64,000 nt of DNA from Callorhinchus milii (GCF_018977255.1 NW_024704742.1:24244001-24308000), one strand, 5' to 3'; shown: positions 1 to 12,639, numbered from the stretch's first letter. The notes: generated by a model from the sequence alone, not told the origin. Program-made: numbers and translations.

Positions 1-1287
1 CTTCAGACCTGCAAATACCATTTCCACCAGGAAACAAAATCTGTCACTTCTATGACTTGTACTGTATGTGAAAACAGTGTACAGATATTTTAAAGGACAT
101 ATTTTAAACTTGCATGACACAGTACACTGATGTCAGTTATCAACACAACTCAATGAAATAGTGGGAGACAGGGTTGATTATTACCCTATCCTCCCCTCCC
201 CCTAGCCTGTGTTTCTGACCTTAGTTGTGTTACGTCCTTTGCCTTTTGTTGGCTGACCAAGAACATTCTGGTTGCCTAGTGCATGTTGCCTAATCCATCT
301 TGTCAGACATAAGAAGTATGTGACCCAAGGGAGACTAGTGAGGGACCATAAAATGTGTATGGCTTCAACACAAATTCTTGTTGTTGTCATTTTTATTAAT
401 TGAAGAAACAGATGTACCAGAGGAAGGTGACTAAGACTGTACTGGGCAAATCCATTGTAGCACCCTTTGATAAAGAGCTATCAGCAATGGATCCGTGCTA
501 ACCAGCACCATAGTATGCCTGGCTTCCAGCAGCGACTGGCTGGCCTCTCACAAAAAATGGCCACTGCTGACATGTCTTCCTGCACCTAAGCTAGAAGGAA
601 ATGAATTTAGTGGCACTTGTGAACATACATGCAACATGCAGGAAGATATGTCAGCAGTAGTGAAACCTAGCGCTTTGTTAAATAATGAAGTCGGTGAGAC
701 TTTGAACTCAGCCAGCCGTGCTACAACAAGGTTTTCGTGTACAAGTTAAATATGCTTATTCCTTATTATGGCATGATAACATAGCTTATTGAGATACTAA
801 AATTAAATGTGTGCCAGATTGCGTGTTTGTTGTTTGTATCATAGCTTGCCAATTGTGACTTAGTCATGCAGGCGAGGGCATTATAACCAGCTTGCTTTTT
901 TCTTTGGGGCAGAGTTAAGGTCACATTGTGGGCTGCTTGTGTGATCTCTGTGGGTGGTATGAAGAGGCTTTGGGAAAATGTGTGTTTTGGGGAAAAACAA
1001 AGCAAATCTTATTTGAATGTATATTACATCTTAAAAATCCATAATACTATAATGAGGTAAACACATGCCTCCTTCACTGTTTGAAGCTTCATAGGCTTGC
1101 GATATTTATATTAACACTTCAATTGGGATGTTCTATTAAACTGTTTTCTCCCTTAGTCTTGGGAAAGCCATCACAACCAGGAGGGGAGGGTGACCTGCTG
1201 CTTGGTAACCAATTGCTTAGAAGTTTTTATGAGAGTATCTGGAGTGACGTATTTCCACTTTTATTACCCTCTCTCTTCCTCAGCTAC

Positions 1288-1597
1288 GGATTCCTGTAGC
1301 TCAGTGGATAGAGCACTTGCCTCGCAAGCGAGAGACCTGGGTGAGATTCCCGGCAGGGCGAAACCTTGGGCAAGTTTCCTTGCTCCACACGCCTGATAAT
1401 AATCACTCAAGAAAAAAAATAATAAATTGGTCACTTCAATCCACGACTGTTTGTGGGACACTGCTGTGCGCAATTGGCTGCCGCATTTCGCCCAAAATAT
1501 ATAGTCAATTCACTTTCCAGTATATTCTGTGAAGCGCTTTGAGACGTCTAGAAGACGTGATAATGCGTTGTATCAAATGCAAGGATTATTATTATTT
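1288..1597 (+). mobile_element. SINE family A (tRNA-Ala head, CORE-like segment, Deu-type 3' part, L2-type tail), full length
   Basis: A-box TAGCTCAGTGG, CCTTGGGCAAGT motif, TGTTTGTGGGACACTGCTGTGCGCAATTGGCTGCC, tail ...TCAAATGCAAGG(ATT)n. Confidence 0.9.
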
Positions 1598-2224
1598 GGG
1601 AAATGTTTGGTTCCCTCTTGACTGCAAACAACGATATGACAGACTGGAAACTTAGTATAGTGGTGAATTTGGTGCAAACTGCTTCCCATTTTGAAATCCT
1701 TTGCAAACCAGTGTGCTTCTGATCTTTGTCACAGCATTGCTTTCAAATTGCAGGATAACTTCCTCTTAGCATTCATTCAATTCATTCAGCCTGCTCTCAG
1801 AATATAAGGAAAACTACTGAAGTAAAATTGCCCATTGTTTCTCTGCATTATGAACCTGTATTTCAATGTTTTTGAAATCCTGGAATAGTTAAACATATAA
1901 AGAAATAATCGAGGGAATTAAAGTTTAATAATTATCTTTACATTGATGTAACTCTTTTCATGTCAAAAGCATCTCCAACCACTTCACAGAATTTATTGCA
2001 AGTAACTTGTGCACTGCAATATCTCACCAATGGCCGTGAAGCATAATAGCATTTTTAAGGAATTGTCACTGGTGGGGACTGAATTCAAGGGGACATTTTT
2101 ATCCCACCTCCAGAAGCATTTAAAACAGATTTCTAGAGATGAAGCAATTGTTTGTGTATTTGTTTCAACCTTTAGGGTGATTTAATTAATATGAAAGCAA
2201 TAATCTAATAAATCATAATAATAC

Positions 2225-2423
2225 AGCTCCCCTCTCGACTCTCTTCCCCCTTCTCGCTCCCTCCCATCCCTCCCCTCACCCTGACCATTTCCCCCCTCCT
2301 CGCTCCCTCCCCTCCCCTGACCATTTCCCCCCTGCTCGGGTCATGACCCAACTGTGCAGCGCCTTGGGACGTCCTCCTGACGTGAAAGGCACTTTATAAA
2401 TGGAATCTTGTTGTTGTTGTTGT
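2225..2423 (+). mobile_element. L2 LINE 3' UTR/tail fragment
   Basis: Near-identical to the 3' end of the L2 at 32990-33741; ends (TTG)n. Confidence 0.85.
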
Positions 2424-2589
2424 ACAGTGTCTAATTAAATAATATTCTGTTAAAATTTGCCTAAGTCTGTAAAAACTGCATAAATGGTGACAGTTTAGCA
2501 AGATGGGAATTTTAAAATTGCTGCTGGGGAATTCCTAGCGGTTGGAGGGGATTTTCTCCAACACTTTATATGTTAAATAATGCCCTGCC

Positions 2590-2900
2590 ATGAAGTGAAT
2601 GACTAATTTTATCTTGGGGATTTTGGGCCAACGCCTAAGGCCAACGGTCCTTTCTGTTTTCGAAGATTGTCATGAGATCTTTAACATCTACCAGAATGGC
2701 CAACTGGGACCTTGGTTTGACATCCCAGTGAAAGGGTGGCACCTCTGAAAATTGAGGTCCATTCTAGCTAAGAGTGTATTATAGTATTAATACTCGAGCG
2801 CTGTATTAGTGTTAGTTTAGACTATGAGTTCAAAGTCCCAATGTGGGGCTTGAACCCAAAATGTTTCGACTCAAATGTGAGAATGCTGAGCGAGACTGTC
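2590..2900 (-). mobile_element. Older Deu-type SINE (family B), degenerate
   Basis: Reverse strand shows a tRNA-like head and the Deu-domain text gaggtgcc...gttaaagatctcatg. Confidence 0.6.
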
Positions 2901-3004
2901 CATCAATCCCAAGTTATTTTTGTGTTGCAGGATGCAAAACAATACAAAATAATGCCTCAAAGTTATGTTGCAGTGACCTGCACATATTTCTTTGACTTGC
3001 AAGA

Positions 3005-3340
3005 TACAATACAAAATTTGTAAAGTTCCTTTCATGTCGGGAGGACATCCCAAGGCGCTGAATAGTTAGGGATTTGGACCCGAGCAGGGATTTGGGATCA
3101 GAAGGGTAGAGGCAGGAAGGATAGGGGTAGGAGGGTAGGCAAAGGCACGACAGAAGAGGGTCTTGAGACTGGCCTTGAAGGAGGCAAGGGATGGAGCAAG
3201 GCGAAGGGAATATGGGATGGATTCCAAAGGGTGGGGGCAGAGAGGCTGAAGGCCCAACTGCTGATGGTGGGTTGGGGCGGGTCAGGGGGGGACGTGGAGC
3301 AGGCCAGAGCCTGCTGAGCGGAGAGAGTGGACAGGTTGAA
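3005..3340 (-). mobile_element. L2 LINE 3' fragment
   Basis: Frames read PLLWNPIP/LRLAPSLASFKASLKTLF-like text; tail stem-loop at 3025-3060. Confidence 0.8.
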
Positions 3341-5129
3341 ATGGGGTGATGAGTGTAGGCCAGTTTGCTGGTATCATACCTCTGTACACAATGCAGTCCA
3401 TCTACCAAGATTTAAGTGTCTCGTGAAACTATAGCTGTGCTCTCATTGACGGGCATCTTCAGAGATTTTTCACACTGCCAAAAAGTTATTGTCTTATGAC
3501 AAGTCTCCAGTTATGGTTCATTCTGTGCGAACAAAGGGGCTTTCTTAAATTGACATTGTATAAAGTTGATTCCTTGGTTATTCATCATTTGGGCTGGTGG
3601 GGAACGGGTGGGTTGTAATTATAATTTGATTCCAATGTAGAAAGCAATTATGCTTTTCAGGCCTCAACATAGACTTGTTAGACTGTTATCTATGTTTAAT
3701 TTCAGTAGCCAAGCCCCCACTTCAAATTTCTCCCTCCATCAATGACAAAGATGGAGTTAAAACTTATAAAATTTATAAGTTACTTATAAGTTACACAACT
3801 ATTGGTATATTTGTAAGGACTTAGACCTGTTAGGAACATTTCCATCCTGGAAATTTAAAAAAAATCTCCCAAGAATTTGTAATCGGGAATGTAATGTGAT
3901 GCCCTCTAGTCCACTCTCACACCTCGGCTTGTCCCAACAGACAGCCATTACAATTTCACTGTGACCACTGACAAGTCTGAAAGACGCAGAAGTATTTGCT
4001 TGCATAAGTGAGGACTGGACAGTACCCAGCTTCCAGATTTTAAGCTTTAAAGACCTACAGTAATTGTTTCCAGTCTTTAATTTTTAATAAAAAAACTTTC
4101 TCTGCATCTTAATTACAAATAAAAGTTATCTTTCTCAATCTGAAACGAATGATACTCTTACCTTAGCGCTGCTTTCCTGCTCCACGTTGTGCTCTCTTTT
4201 GTTTTCTTACTCTTTCTTCCCCGCCCTCCCCACCTGTACAGATAGCAGGGCAGCCCAACAGTAAATACATGGTATTGGGCAGTAAGGTAGGTCAGCTTGC
4301 TACATACTGCACACTTGCACAACACAAAGGATATTGAGTCAGGGTGGTCATTTTAATCTGCAACCACTTGAAACACAGTGAGGAGGAAAGGTGAAGGGAT
4401 AGAACTGAACCAAAGAATTGTGAATGAGAGAGGTGGAGGAAAGCAATTGTGTGAGGTACTAGATAAAACGAGAATGAGTGTCGCAGGGAGGAGACAAATA
4501 TACAGTGAGTGACTTGAATGTGAAAGGGGTGAATGTGAGGAAAGCGAGGGAAAGATCATTGGGAAAGAGCAAGTGAATTTTAAACTAACTCGCAAGGCAG
4601 AGAGCAAGACTCATGGAGAAAGACTGCTGAGAGAGACTGTGCACAAATACACATCACTCTTTCACAGTAATTTCTGACAAGCACTTTGAGACGTGATAAG
4701 GTGCTATACCAAATGCAGGGATTGTTGTTATTCTCTGTACTATGCAAATAGTACTGTATTATCTTGCTTATGGGTCAATGAGTTTTCTCTTTTTAAAAAC
4801 TTCTAACTGCATGATGTCACCTGGACGGAAGCTTCCCTTCCCTGTATAATGAACTGCAATTGTCAAAAGGTTTGTACAATTCCTACAGTTAATTATGAGT
4901 GTTCTTTCATTCTTAATGGGTTATCCCTCGCTTTGATCTATTGATGATAACTTCACTTTACTTTTAATAATAATAATCCTTGCATTATGTAAGCACCTTT
5001 CATGTCTGGAGGAATGTCTCCCAAGTGCATCACAGAATTTACTGTGAAGTGGAGTGACTGTATTTATTGACTAGCACAGCAGCCAAATTGTGCACAGCTT
5101 GTACTTGGGAATCATAGGGAATTTCTCCT

Positions 5130-5212
5130 ACTACATCGGTTCAAAGCAGCGCCTTGGGACGTCCTCCTGACGTGAAAGGCGCTCTATAAATGGAATCTTG
5201 TTGTTGTTGTTG
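5130..5212 (+). mobile_element. L2 3' tail only (severely 5'-truncated)
   Basis: cagcgccttgggacgtcctcctgacgtgaaaggcgctctataaatggaatc(ttg)n. Confidence 0.85.
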
Positions 5213-6300
5213 AACAATAATAATTATATTTGTTATAGTGCTTTATTGCATCGTTACGATGTCTCAACAATATGATAAGGCGCGATCTCAAATGAAAGGA
5301 TGATTAATGTTATTATTCAGTCACTACTTTGAACCTATGTAGATCAATTGCCAAAGTCTAGAGTTTTCAGAAACTAGTTAGTGGAAACAGTGGCAATTTT
5401 CAACTCAATGTATTTTCGGTTAATATCATTCCCACCAATTGTTCGGTGAATTTCATGCCGATCAAAGCAAGGATCACCAGTGCTGAGAACACATTTTGAG
5501 GGTGGGGTTTACCCATAGGATTTACATCCAGATTGTTGGACATTCAGCCTGTATCGAATGTGATTGATTCCTAAGCTCAGAAGAGGATAGTCAGCCTAAG
5601 TCTCATTTTCCAGCACTGTCTGGATATTGAATATGGTTTCAGGCTGGTAACACCCAATAGTTGCTGCCCGTCCAACCGATCCACCAACTTTGCAGATTAC
5701 TGAAAACATAATTTTTTAGTATTTTATTTCTACCACTGAGTACTTCAAGTTGAGGTGCACATCTCCAGATGTTTCTCCAGGGTTTCTCCAGATTTTAAAA
5801 AAATGTTTGCACTCTTGCCAAGCTCTGAGTTCAAAATAAATCTGCTATGAACCATGCATCACTTCCATTTGCACATTGGTAAGAAGTGTCATTTGAGCAC
5901 ATCATTGGATTGTCCCCAAACTTGATATTGAAATATAATTTGGCTGTTGATTCCAATTCAAGAGGCAACATGGGACACCAATGTACATGCGCTAATATAA
6001 CCAGAAAACTGCTTCGCTGGCAGTAAAAGACTTTCTTTTACAATTATCCAGTTGTACTATTTGCGATTTTGGTCCCAATGTTAAATTAGACAAGTCTAAA
6101 CAGTCCAATTTAGATTGTTAGATTTACACACATCAACTGCAAGATTATGTTATGGATTATATTTTTATATTAACTCACTGAGAGAAAGAATTTTAAATGT
6201 TAATCAAAATATCTGTACAATGTTATCAGGTTCAACTTGTTTTTAACAAAAGCATCATGAAATTATTTTGGAATGTACCTTATTAGTAACATAAGACTTT

Positions 6301-6621
6301 ATAATAATAATATTCCTTGCATTTGATATAGCGCTTTTCACGTCGGGAGGACGTCCCAAAGCCCTTCACAGAATATACTGTAAAGTGAATTGACTGTATA
6401 TTTGTAGGCGAACGCGGCAGCCAATTGCGCACAGCAATGTCCCACAAAAAGTCGTAGATTGAAAATGACCAATTTATTATTGTTTCTGGTTTTTGGAGGG
6501 ATTATTATTAGGCTCTGTGTGGAGTAAGGAAACTTGCCCAAGGTTTCGCCCTCTGCCTGGAATTGAACTCAGGTCTCTCGCTTGCAAAGCGAGTGCTCTA
6601 ACCACTGAGCTACAGGACTCC
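6301..6621 (-). mobile_element. SINE family A, young short subfamily, full length, candidate TSD ACTTTAT (6296-6302 / 6622-6628)
   Basis: Near-identical to 54188-54515 and 62971-63288; intact A and B boxes; anticodon arm CTCGC-TTTGCAA-GCGAG (Ala TGC). Confidence 0.93.
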
Positions 6622-6644
6622 ACTTTATTTTGCAGTATTAAGTA

Positions 6645-7265
6645 CCAACAACAATAACTTGGATTTATATAGCGCCCTCTACGCCGGACGGCGTCTCCGA
6701 GCGCTTTACAGTTTAGGATCCCGGGGACTGAGCCAGGGGGAGGGGTGGGAAGGTGACCAAAAGTGCGGTCGAAAAAAAGGTCTTCAGCAGAGACCTGAAA
6801 ATGGGAAAGGAGGGAGCGAGACAAAGGGAGTGAGGAAGGCAGTTCCAGAGCCTCGGGGCATAGTGGCTGAAGGCACGGCCGTCGAGGGTCGAGCGGAGGA
6901 CTCAGGGGACGAGGAGGAGGCCAGACCCAGAGGAACGAGGGCAACAGGTACTGTGCTGAGGCGGTCAGAGAGGTAGGGGGGTACAGAGGAGTGTAGGGAC
7001 TTGAATACGAGGGTGAGGATCTTGAAGTCGATCCTCTCTGGGATAGGGAGCCAGTGCAGTCTGGCAAGGACTGGGGTGATCGGGGAGCGGAGTTTCGTGC
7101 GGGTGAGAATGCGGGCGGCAGAGTTCTGAATGAGTTGGATTTTATGGATGGTAGTGGAGGGGAGACCGGTGAGGAGGCCGTTTGAATAGTCCAGCCGGGA
7201 GGTGACAAAGGCATGGACCAGAGTTTCAGCGGCTTTTGGGGAGAGGTATTGGCGGAGACAGGATG
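6645..7265 (-). mobile_element. L2 LINE 3' end (ORF2 C-terminus and tail), second L2 subfamily
   Basis: Reverse frame [26 protein letters not shown]...[17 protein letters not shown]; tail ACGCC-GTCC-GGCGT then (TTG)n. Confidence 0.92.
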
Positions 7266-7464
7266 CATCAGAGGTGCATGGCCTTTAGTGCATGGCCTGT
7301 CCTCCCCAGTAAACTGAAACGGAAGTTTCCGTTAAGATATCTTGTTTGTGGTATGCTGCTGCTTTCACTTCAAATCAAAATTTAAAAAAATTCCTTTCTG
7401 CAAAAATAATGTGCAGTTTCATCGGCTGACTAGTCATAAATGAATGTAGGAGGTAACTTGCGTA

Positions 7465-7900
7465 ACTTGAATAAACTAGGGCTATATTCTCTAGAGTACA
7501 GAAGAATTAGGGGAGATCTTATTGAAACATATAAGATTCTTAAAGGACTGGATAAAGTAGACACTGAGGGTCTGTTTCTCCTGGTAGGAGAATCTAAAAC
7601 CAGGGGTTACAGTCTTAAAATTAAGGGTCAGTCTTTTAGAACAGAGTTTAGGAAACATTTCTTCACTCAGAGGGTAGTGAATTTATGGAATTCACTACCC
7701 CAGAAGGCTGTAGATGCTCAGTCCTTGAAAATCTTCAAGGCTGAGACTGATAATTTTTTTTAAAAATAGAGGGATTAGGGGATATGGGGAAGGGGCAGGT
7801 AATTAGAGTTAGGTCTGAAGATCAGCCATGATCTTATCGAATGACAGGGTAGGCTCGAGGGGCTGAATGGCCTACTCCTGCTCCTAATTCTTATGTTATT
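7465..7900 (+). mobile_element. CR1-clade LINE 3' end
   Basis: ORF LGLYSLEYRRIRGDLIETYKILKG...FFTQRVVNLWNSLP; 3' UTR ggctgaatggcctactcctgctcct..ttcttatgtt. Confidence 0.93.
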
Positions 7901-8230
7901 TGCCTTTCTTTATTTGCATAATTGGTTTCTGAATCATTACAGTACACATTGGGAGTACCGTGCCACTATAATAGTGGCACATGTGGTACTAGTTGTACAG
8001 TCAACAATTTAATATGAAATGTGTGTGTATGTGTATATATAATATATACTGTGTGTGTAAATATATATAATGCAAGTATTATTGCACTATTATTGGGGTG
8101 GTTGGGGGTGTGGACGGAGACAATGAAAAGAGAAATTTAAGTTGAATGTGTTGTATCTCATTCAAATCAATAAATGTAATCATGATTAAACCTGGCTGTT
8201 TGTAATTGCATTCCAGTGATATGTATGAGT

Positions 8231-8395
8231 AAGGTGAGTCAACGTTTCATATCCGCGACCCTTTATCAGGTCGTGGACTCAAAACGTTGATTCACTTTCC
8301 TTTTTCCGTAGATGCTGCCTGACCTGCTGAGTGTTCCCAGCCACTTCTGTTTTTGTTTCAGATTTCTAGCAACTGCAGTATTTTGCATTTTGTTG
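8231..8395. mobile_element. Penelope-like (PLE) terminal-repeat relic, inverted arrangement, decayed hammerhead core
   Basis: Hairpin 8231-8300; gatgctgcctgacctgctgagt...cagattt-cagca shared with 22800-23492. Confidence 0.7.
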
Positions 8396-10458
8396 AAATG
8401 TATGAGTAATTTGTTCCGAGCTATGTCTTGCTTGCATGCGAGTTTGCATTCTGTTTTAACACCATCAATGGGAGGATTTCAAATTAAATTGCCACTGTTC
8501 GGTTATACATATGGGTCAGAACATGGATGTGGAGAAGGCCAAGCAGGAGAGCATTCAACATTCATCTGAAGAAAGTTCGAGCTCGTCCAGGTGGCAGTTA
8601 ATACTTGCAATCTAATACCATCGGTCATTTCTGCTGGTTTCACGGATTTCTGCTGCCAGTGAGCGAGCGGGGAGAGCAGACCCAGGGGCTGATGCCTCGG
8701 GTGAGCAAGCGGGCAGTGACCTGTGAGAGGTTGAAGGTTCGGTTGTTCCAGGCGGTCGGGAGGCCATTTCAAAATCTCCGGCCTGATTGAACAGCCGAAA
8801 CTTGCTGCCTGATGTCCCTTCCAGGCGCTGATTTTCAAATCCACCAGACTGCATTTCATTAAGGCTGATGTCTTTCAGCGCTAGTGTAGAGTGTTCAAAT
8901 GCCAGCTTGATTCTCGGAGCGCATGAAGTCCATATTGTGCAAGATATTTATCCAATCATGTTTCTAGTAGACACTATATGCACTAATATTATCTATACTT
9001 GCTCAGCACAAAATGGTTAGAACAAATTCGAGTTTAGTCTGGTCCTAATATTTGAGGAGGCATGTTGTTCCTATTTTAATTTTTTTTTGAAAGGGAAATT
9101 GTTCTGTTGACTGGCAATCCCACCGCATTCAATTCATGCTGGTAGACTGCTGGAGTTTATCATTTCAAGTCGCTGGTTTAGAAGAGAGCCACCGCGAACC
9201 AGATCTGCACACTGTGACTCTTGTATGTGTAGAATCTCTTCCTTGTCTTGAATACTGCTCCTGGACTTCCATATCATTGACAGTGATTAGCTAATACATG
9301 CTCTTCCTATGAGGAGCTTTCTGGCAAACGTAGGTAGCTTGCTTCTGACCAATAGTGATGCCTGATCTAGTGAGTCTACATGTGATTTCTCTTAATTTGG
9401 TAGGGGCAGAGTTTTTTGTGAAAAAAAAAGTTATGCATGATGAGTAATTCAAAGTATTTTATTGCAGCCACCTAAATTGTGCAATCTGTGGTACCATTTT
9501 GTTTAACTGGAGCTCTAAGGACCCATGTTGTGATTACACTTTAACCGAGTTTGTTAATTCCCATATTAAATACTGTTTTCCTACTACCTAGGTAGGAGCT
9601 GGAAGATGTTACCCACTTAATAAAACGGCTGAAAAATCATCCAATACGAAGATGTAGATTTTTACACCATGGGCCTTGCACCTTTAAATTTAGTTGGGAC
9701 GAAATGTGTGGTGAGGAGCAGTGCAAAACACACCAGATCTTCGAGCGCTATAGTTTCATCATCAATAAAGTAGCAGTCTGGTTTCCAGAGGCAGTGCACT
9801 AAAACCATATATAGTTTTGTAATTTGGTATTCATCTGATCTGATAACCAGCTTTGGTTATATATCAGTGTTCCTGTCTAAGAAATACAAAGATGTGCACT
9901 ATCAAAAAAAATCACTTCACAAAATACAGCTCGAGTCCAGTAGGCACTCTGCACACAGAAATCCTAGAAATGATAAATAGACTTTCTGTTTAGGTTTGCA
10001 GCAATTGTTTTAAGCAGTTGGTGGCAGTTGGGATTGAAATGGCATTTTGTGGTTCCCATTATTCCACAATCTCTTGTCCCTGTAGTTTTAATTTGTTCAA
10101 CGAAACGTTTTTTTCACCATTTTGAAGTAAGCTTCAGGTTTGGTATTCTATGTACCTATTGGCTAGTTTAACTTTTTGCACGAAACTGGAGATCAGTTTA
10201 CTAAATGGCAGTGTTTTTCAAATGTGACTGCATTGTGTTCTGACTTCTGCCTCCACACAAAGTTATTGCTCCACACAGAAAAACATAAAACTGGAGGTAC
10301 TGAATATTGAGTAACTCGGTGGTGAGATGAGTGAATGAATGGTTGGCTCTATCTGTAAGCTTGTTAATAATTTGTGTAAAGAATAGCCTCCTCTTTCTGA
10401 AAGTTAAGAGAGTCCCAATTGGAACAATCAAGTTCTCAGTAAATATGAAGCCTCCATG

Positions 10459-10670
10459 CAAATAAATAAATAACCCTTGCATTTGATATAGCGTCTTATC
10501 ACGTCGTCGAGACATCTCAAAGCGCTTCACAGGTTATCCTGTAAAGCGTAGTCACTGTATATTTTGTAGGCGAAACCCGGCAGTCAATGGCGCACAGCAG
10601 TGTCCCACAAACGGTTGTGGGTTGAGTGACCAAAAAAATTTTTAATTTATTTTTTGAAGGGTTTATTACT
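10459..10670 (-). mobile_element. SINE family A/B 3' half
   Basis: Deu-type segment plus tail. Confidence 0.85.
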
Positions 10671-12452
10671 CACAGAAAGCGATTGAAACTGGGAAAAAAA
10701 GAAATGGATGTGAAATTGTAGAGCTTTTCCCTACATTGCAAAGCATCCTTTGTCATGGCACTATGCATTTGGTTTCAGTCATTAAGGATAAGGAAAGGAT
10801 AACTGGTGTTGTGGGAGATGTATTTGAGGGTTGGATTGTCAGATAATTGATACAGTGTAAAAGAATAGTTGTGGTCTATTCTGTGCAGTATCTGACATAA
10901 TATGCAAAATACTGAGCCAGTTCTAATTCCTTGTATTCATTAACAAATTTTAATCTTGATGACTAAATGGACTCAAATACATTATAAGGTGTTAAATAGC
11001 CTCCTATAATCTAAGATACATTGCTGAGGGGAAGCATTAAGAGCTATCTCCAGTTTCTTATTTGTGGATGGAGAAAAAATGTGAGGAACAAATTCCCTTA
11101 GTGCTTAGTGTGGTGATTTCTTAATATCCTCAGTTGCAGTTGATGTATAGCTCAGAATATATGAGCAAAAGGGAGATCTATTGCCTTAAAGAATCTTATA
11201 ATTGCTTATTCTGAAAGAAACAATGTTTCGTGCTCTTCCGTAATGATTTTTTTCCATGTAAAGTGCTTGACAATGCACTTTTCCTTTACACATTTCATCA
11301 TTGGTATTGATATGGTAATGCTCTATGAAACACCCAGATGTAATTTGGTTACATTCAGAAAATGGAGTCATTTTGCTATTTAAATTATACCTGCAGTTGT
11401 AGCTCTGCCAATTGTATTCCAACCATAAAAGAATGTTGGTTCTGACTGTACAGATGGCAGTAAATCTCTGAAAATCAATGCTGATGGTGGTAGTCACAGA
11501 ACAAATGACGTGCTGGACAGATGACGTATGTGGGCTTGTGTGTAATATAAAAAATATTTAAGACAGTCTTGTGCACACACAGTCTTATCGATTTAAAACA
11601 TCACCGTTTAATGACATTTTGGAGCTTATAGAATTTAGGGAGGTATTTTTTTTTCTGTCTGTGTTCCACATGACCTTCATAACTGTAAAGACTCCTTAGA
11701 CTTGAGACTGAACAATTCAATATGACGACTACATTTAGTGCCTAGGATCATGTAGTCATGTTTGAACTTTGAAATTACAAGAATGCTTTGAATGTCCTTC
11801 AATATTCTACAATATGTAACTTGATTCAAGTTTTTTTTATTAGTGTTTTGGGTAGTGACTTGAAAACAAACCTTAGAGATGAATTGCTAGCTTTCTGAAT
11901 CTTCTGTGCGAATGCAAGGTCACCTTTCTAATGGTATATGAGGAGGGTATCTTATCATTTCTGACAGGTTTGAAGCATTCACGTTCTTAATTTGTGTGCT
12001 AAGGTACTAACTAACATGTTGTGTTTATTGTGTGAAGGGTTTATTTAGATTCAGCTCCCGAATTTCTTTTTAAAAAAAACAAATCTGTGTCTCTTATGTA
12101 AAATGTGTGACCTTTTTATGTACTGTTTCCCTCATTTAGCACAACCAATAATTTGTGCATTCCCAAAATACAGTACATTTCAGATTGAACGCTCTTCTGT
12201 TTAGCCTGAAAGATGGTATCCATATTGTCAATGTCATTTGCTACGTTCTCTGTGCTGTACATTTGGATGCACTTCCAGTTTGAGGGAACATACAGATCCC
12301 AACTTGTTTAAAGAGTTGCTGACAACCGTTGTATTGAAAGAGAATAGTTCCTCTATACATTCCTGCACCCCTTTCCAAATCCTTTGTTCACAGAGAGAGG
12401 GAGTGAAGGTGGTATTGATAAGACTCCTTCCCCCTCTCTTATTCATATATAT

Positions 12453-12587
12453 GGAGTCCTGTAGCTCAGTGGTTAGAGCACTTGCCTCGCAAGAGAGAGA
12501 CCTGGGTTTGATTTCCTGCAGGCCGAAACGTTGGGCAAATGTCCTTATTCCACACGCCTCTGTTTACCAAGCAGTAAATAGGAACCT
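12453..12587 (+). mobile_element. SINE family A 5' half (long form)
   Basis: GGAGTCCTGTAGCTCAGTGGTTAGAGC...ccacacgcctctgtttaccaagcagtaaataggaacct. Confidence 0.85.
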
Positions 12588-12639
12588 TACTATGTATATA
12601 TATATATCTGCATGTATGTATATATATATATACACATAT

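Noticed and set aside
6540..6621. tRNA-Ala(TGC)-like sequence with A and B boxes
   Set aside because: It is the head of a multi-copy SINE. The acceptor stem does not close and the sequence runs straight into the SINE body, so it is not a tRNA gene.
6477..7268. 263-aa minus-strand ORF
   Set aside because: Off-frame read-through of an L2 fragment into an adjacent SINE; low-complexity Pro/Ser content.
8590..8920. GC-richer island as a promoter or exon
   Set aside because: Short, with no supportable ORF or splice sites. More likely an old non-autonomous transposon fragment, but I cannot assign it.
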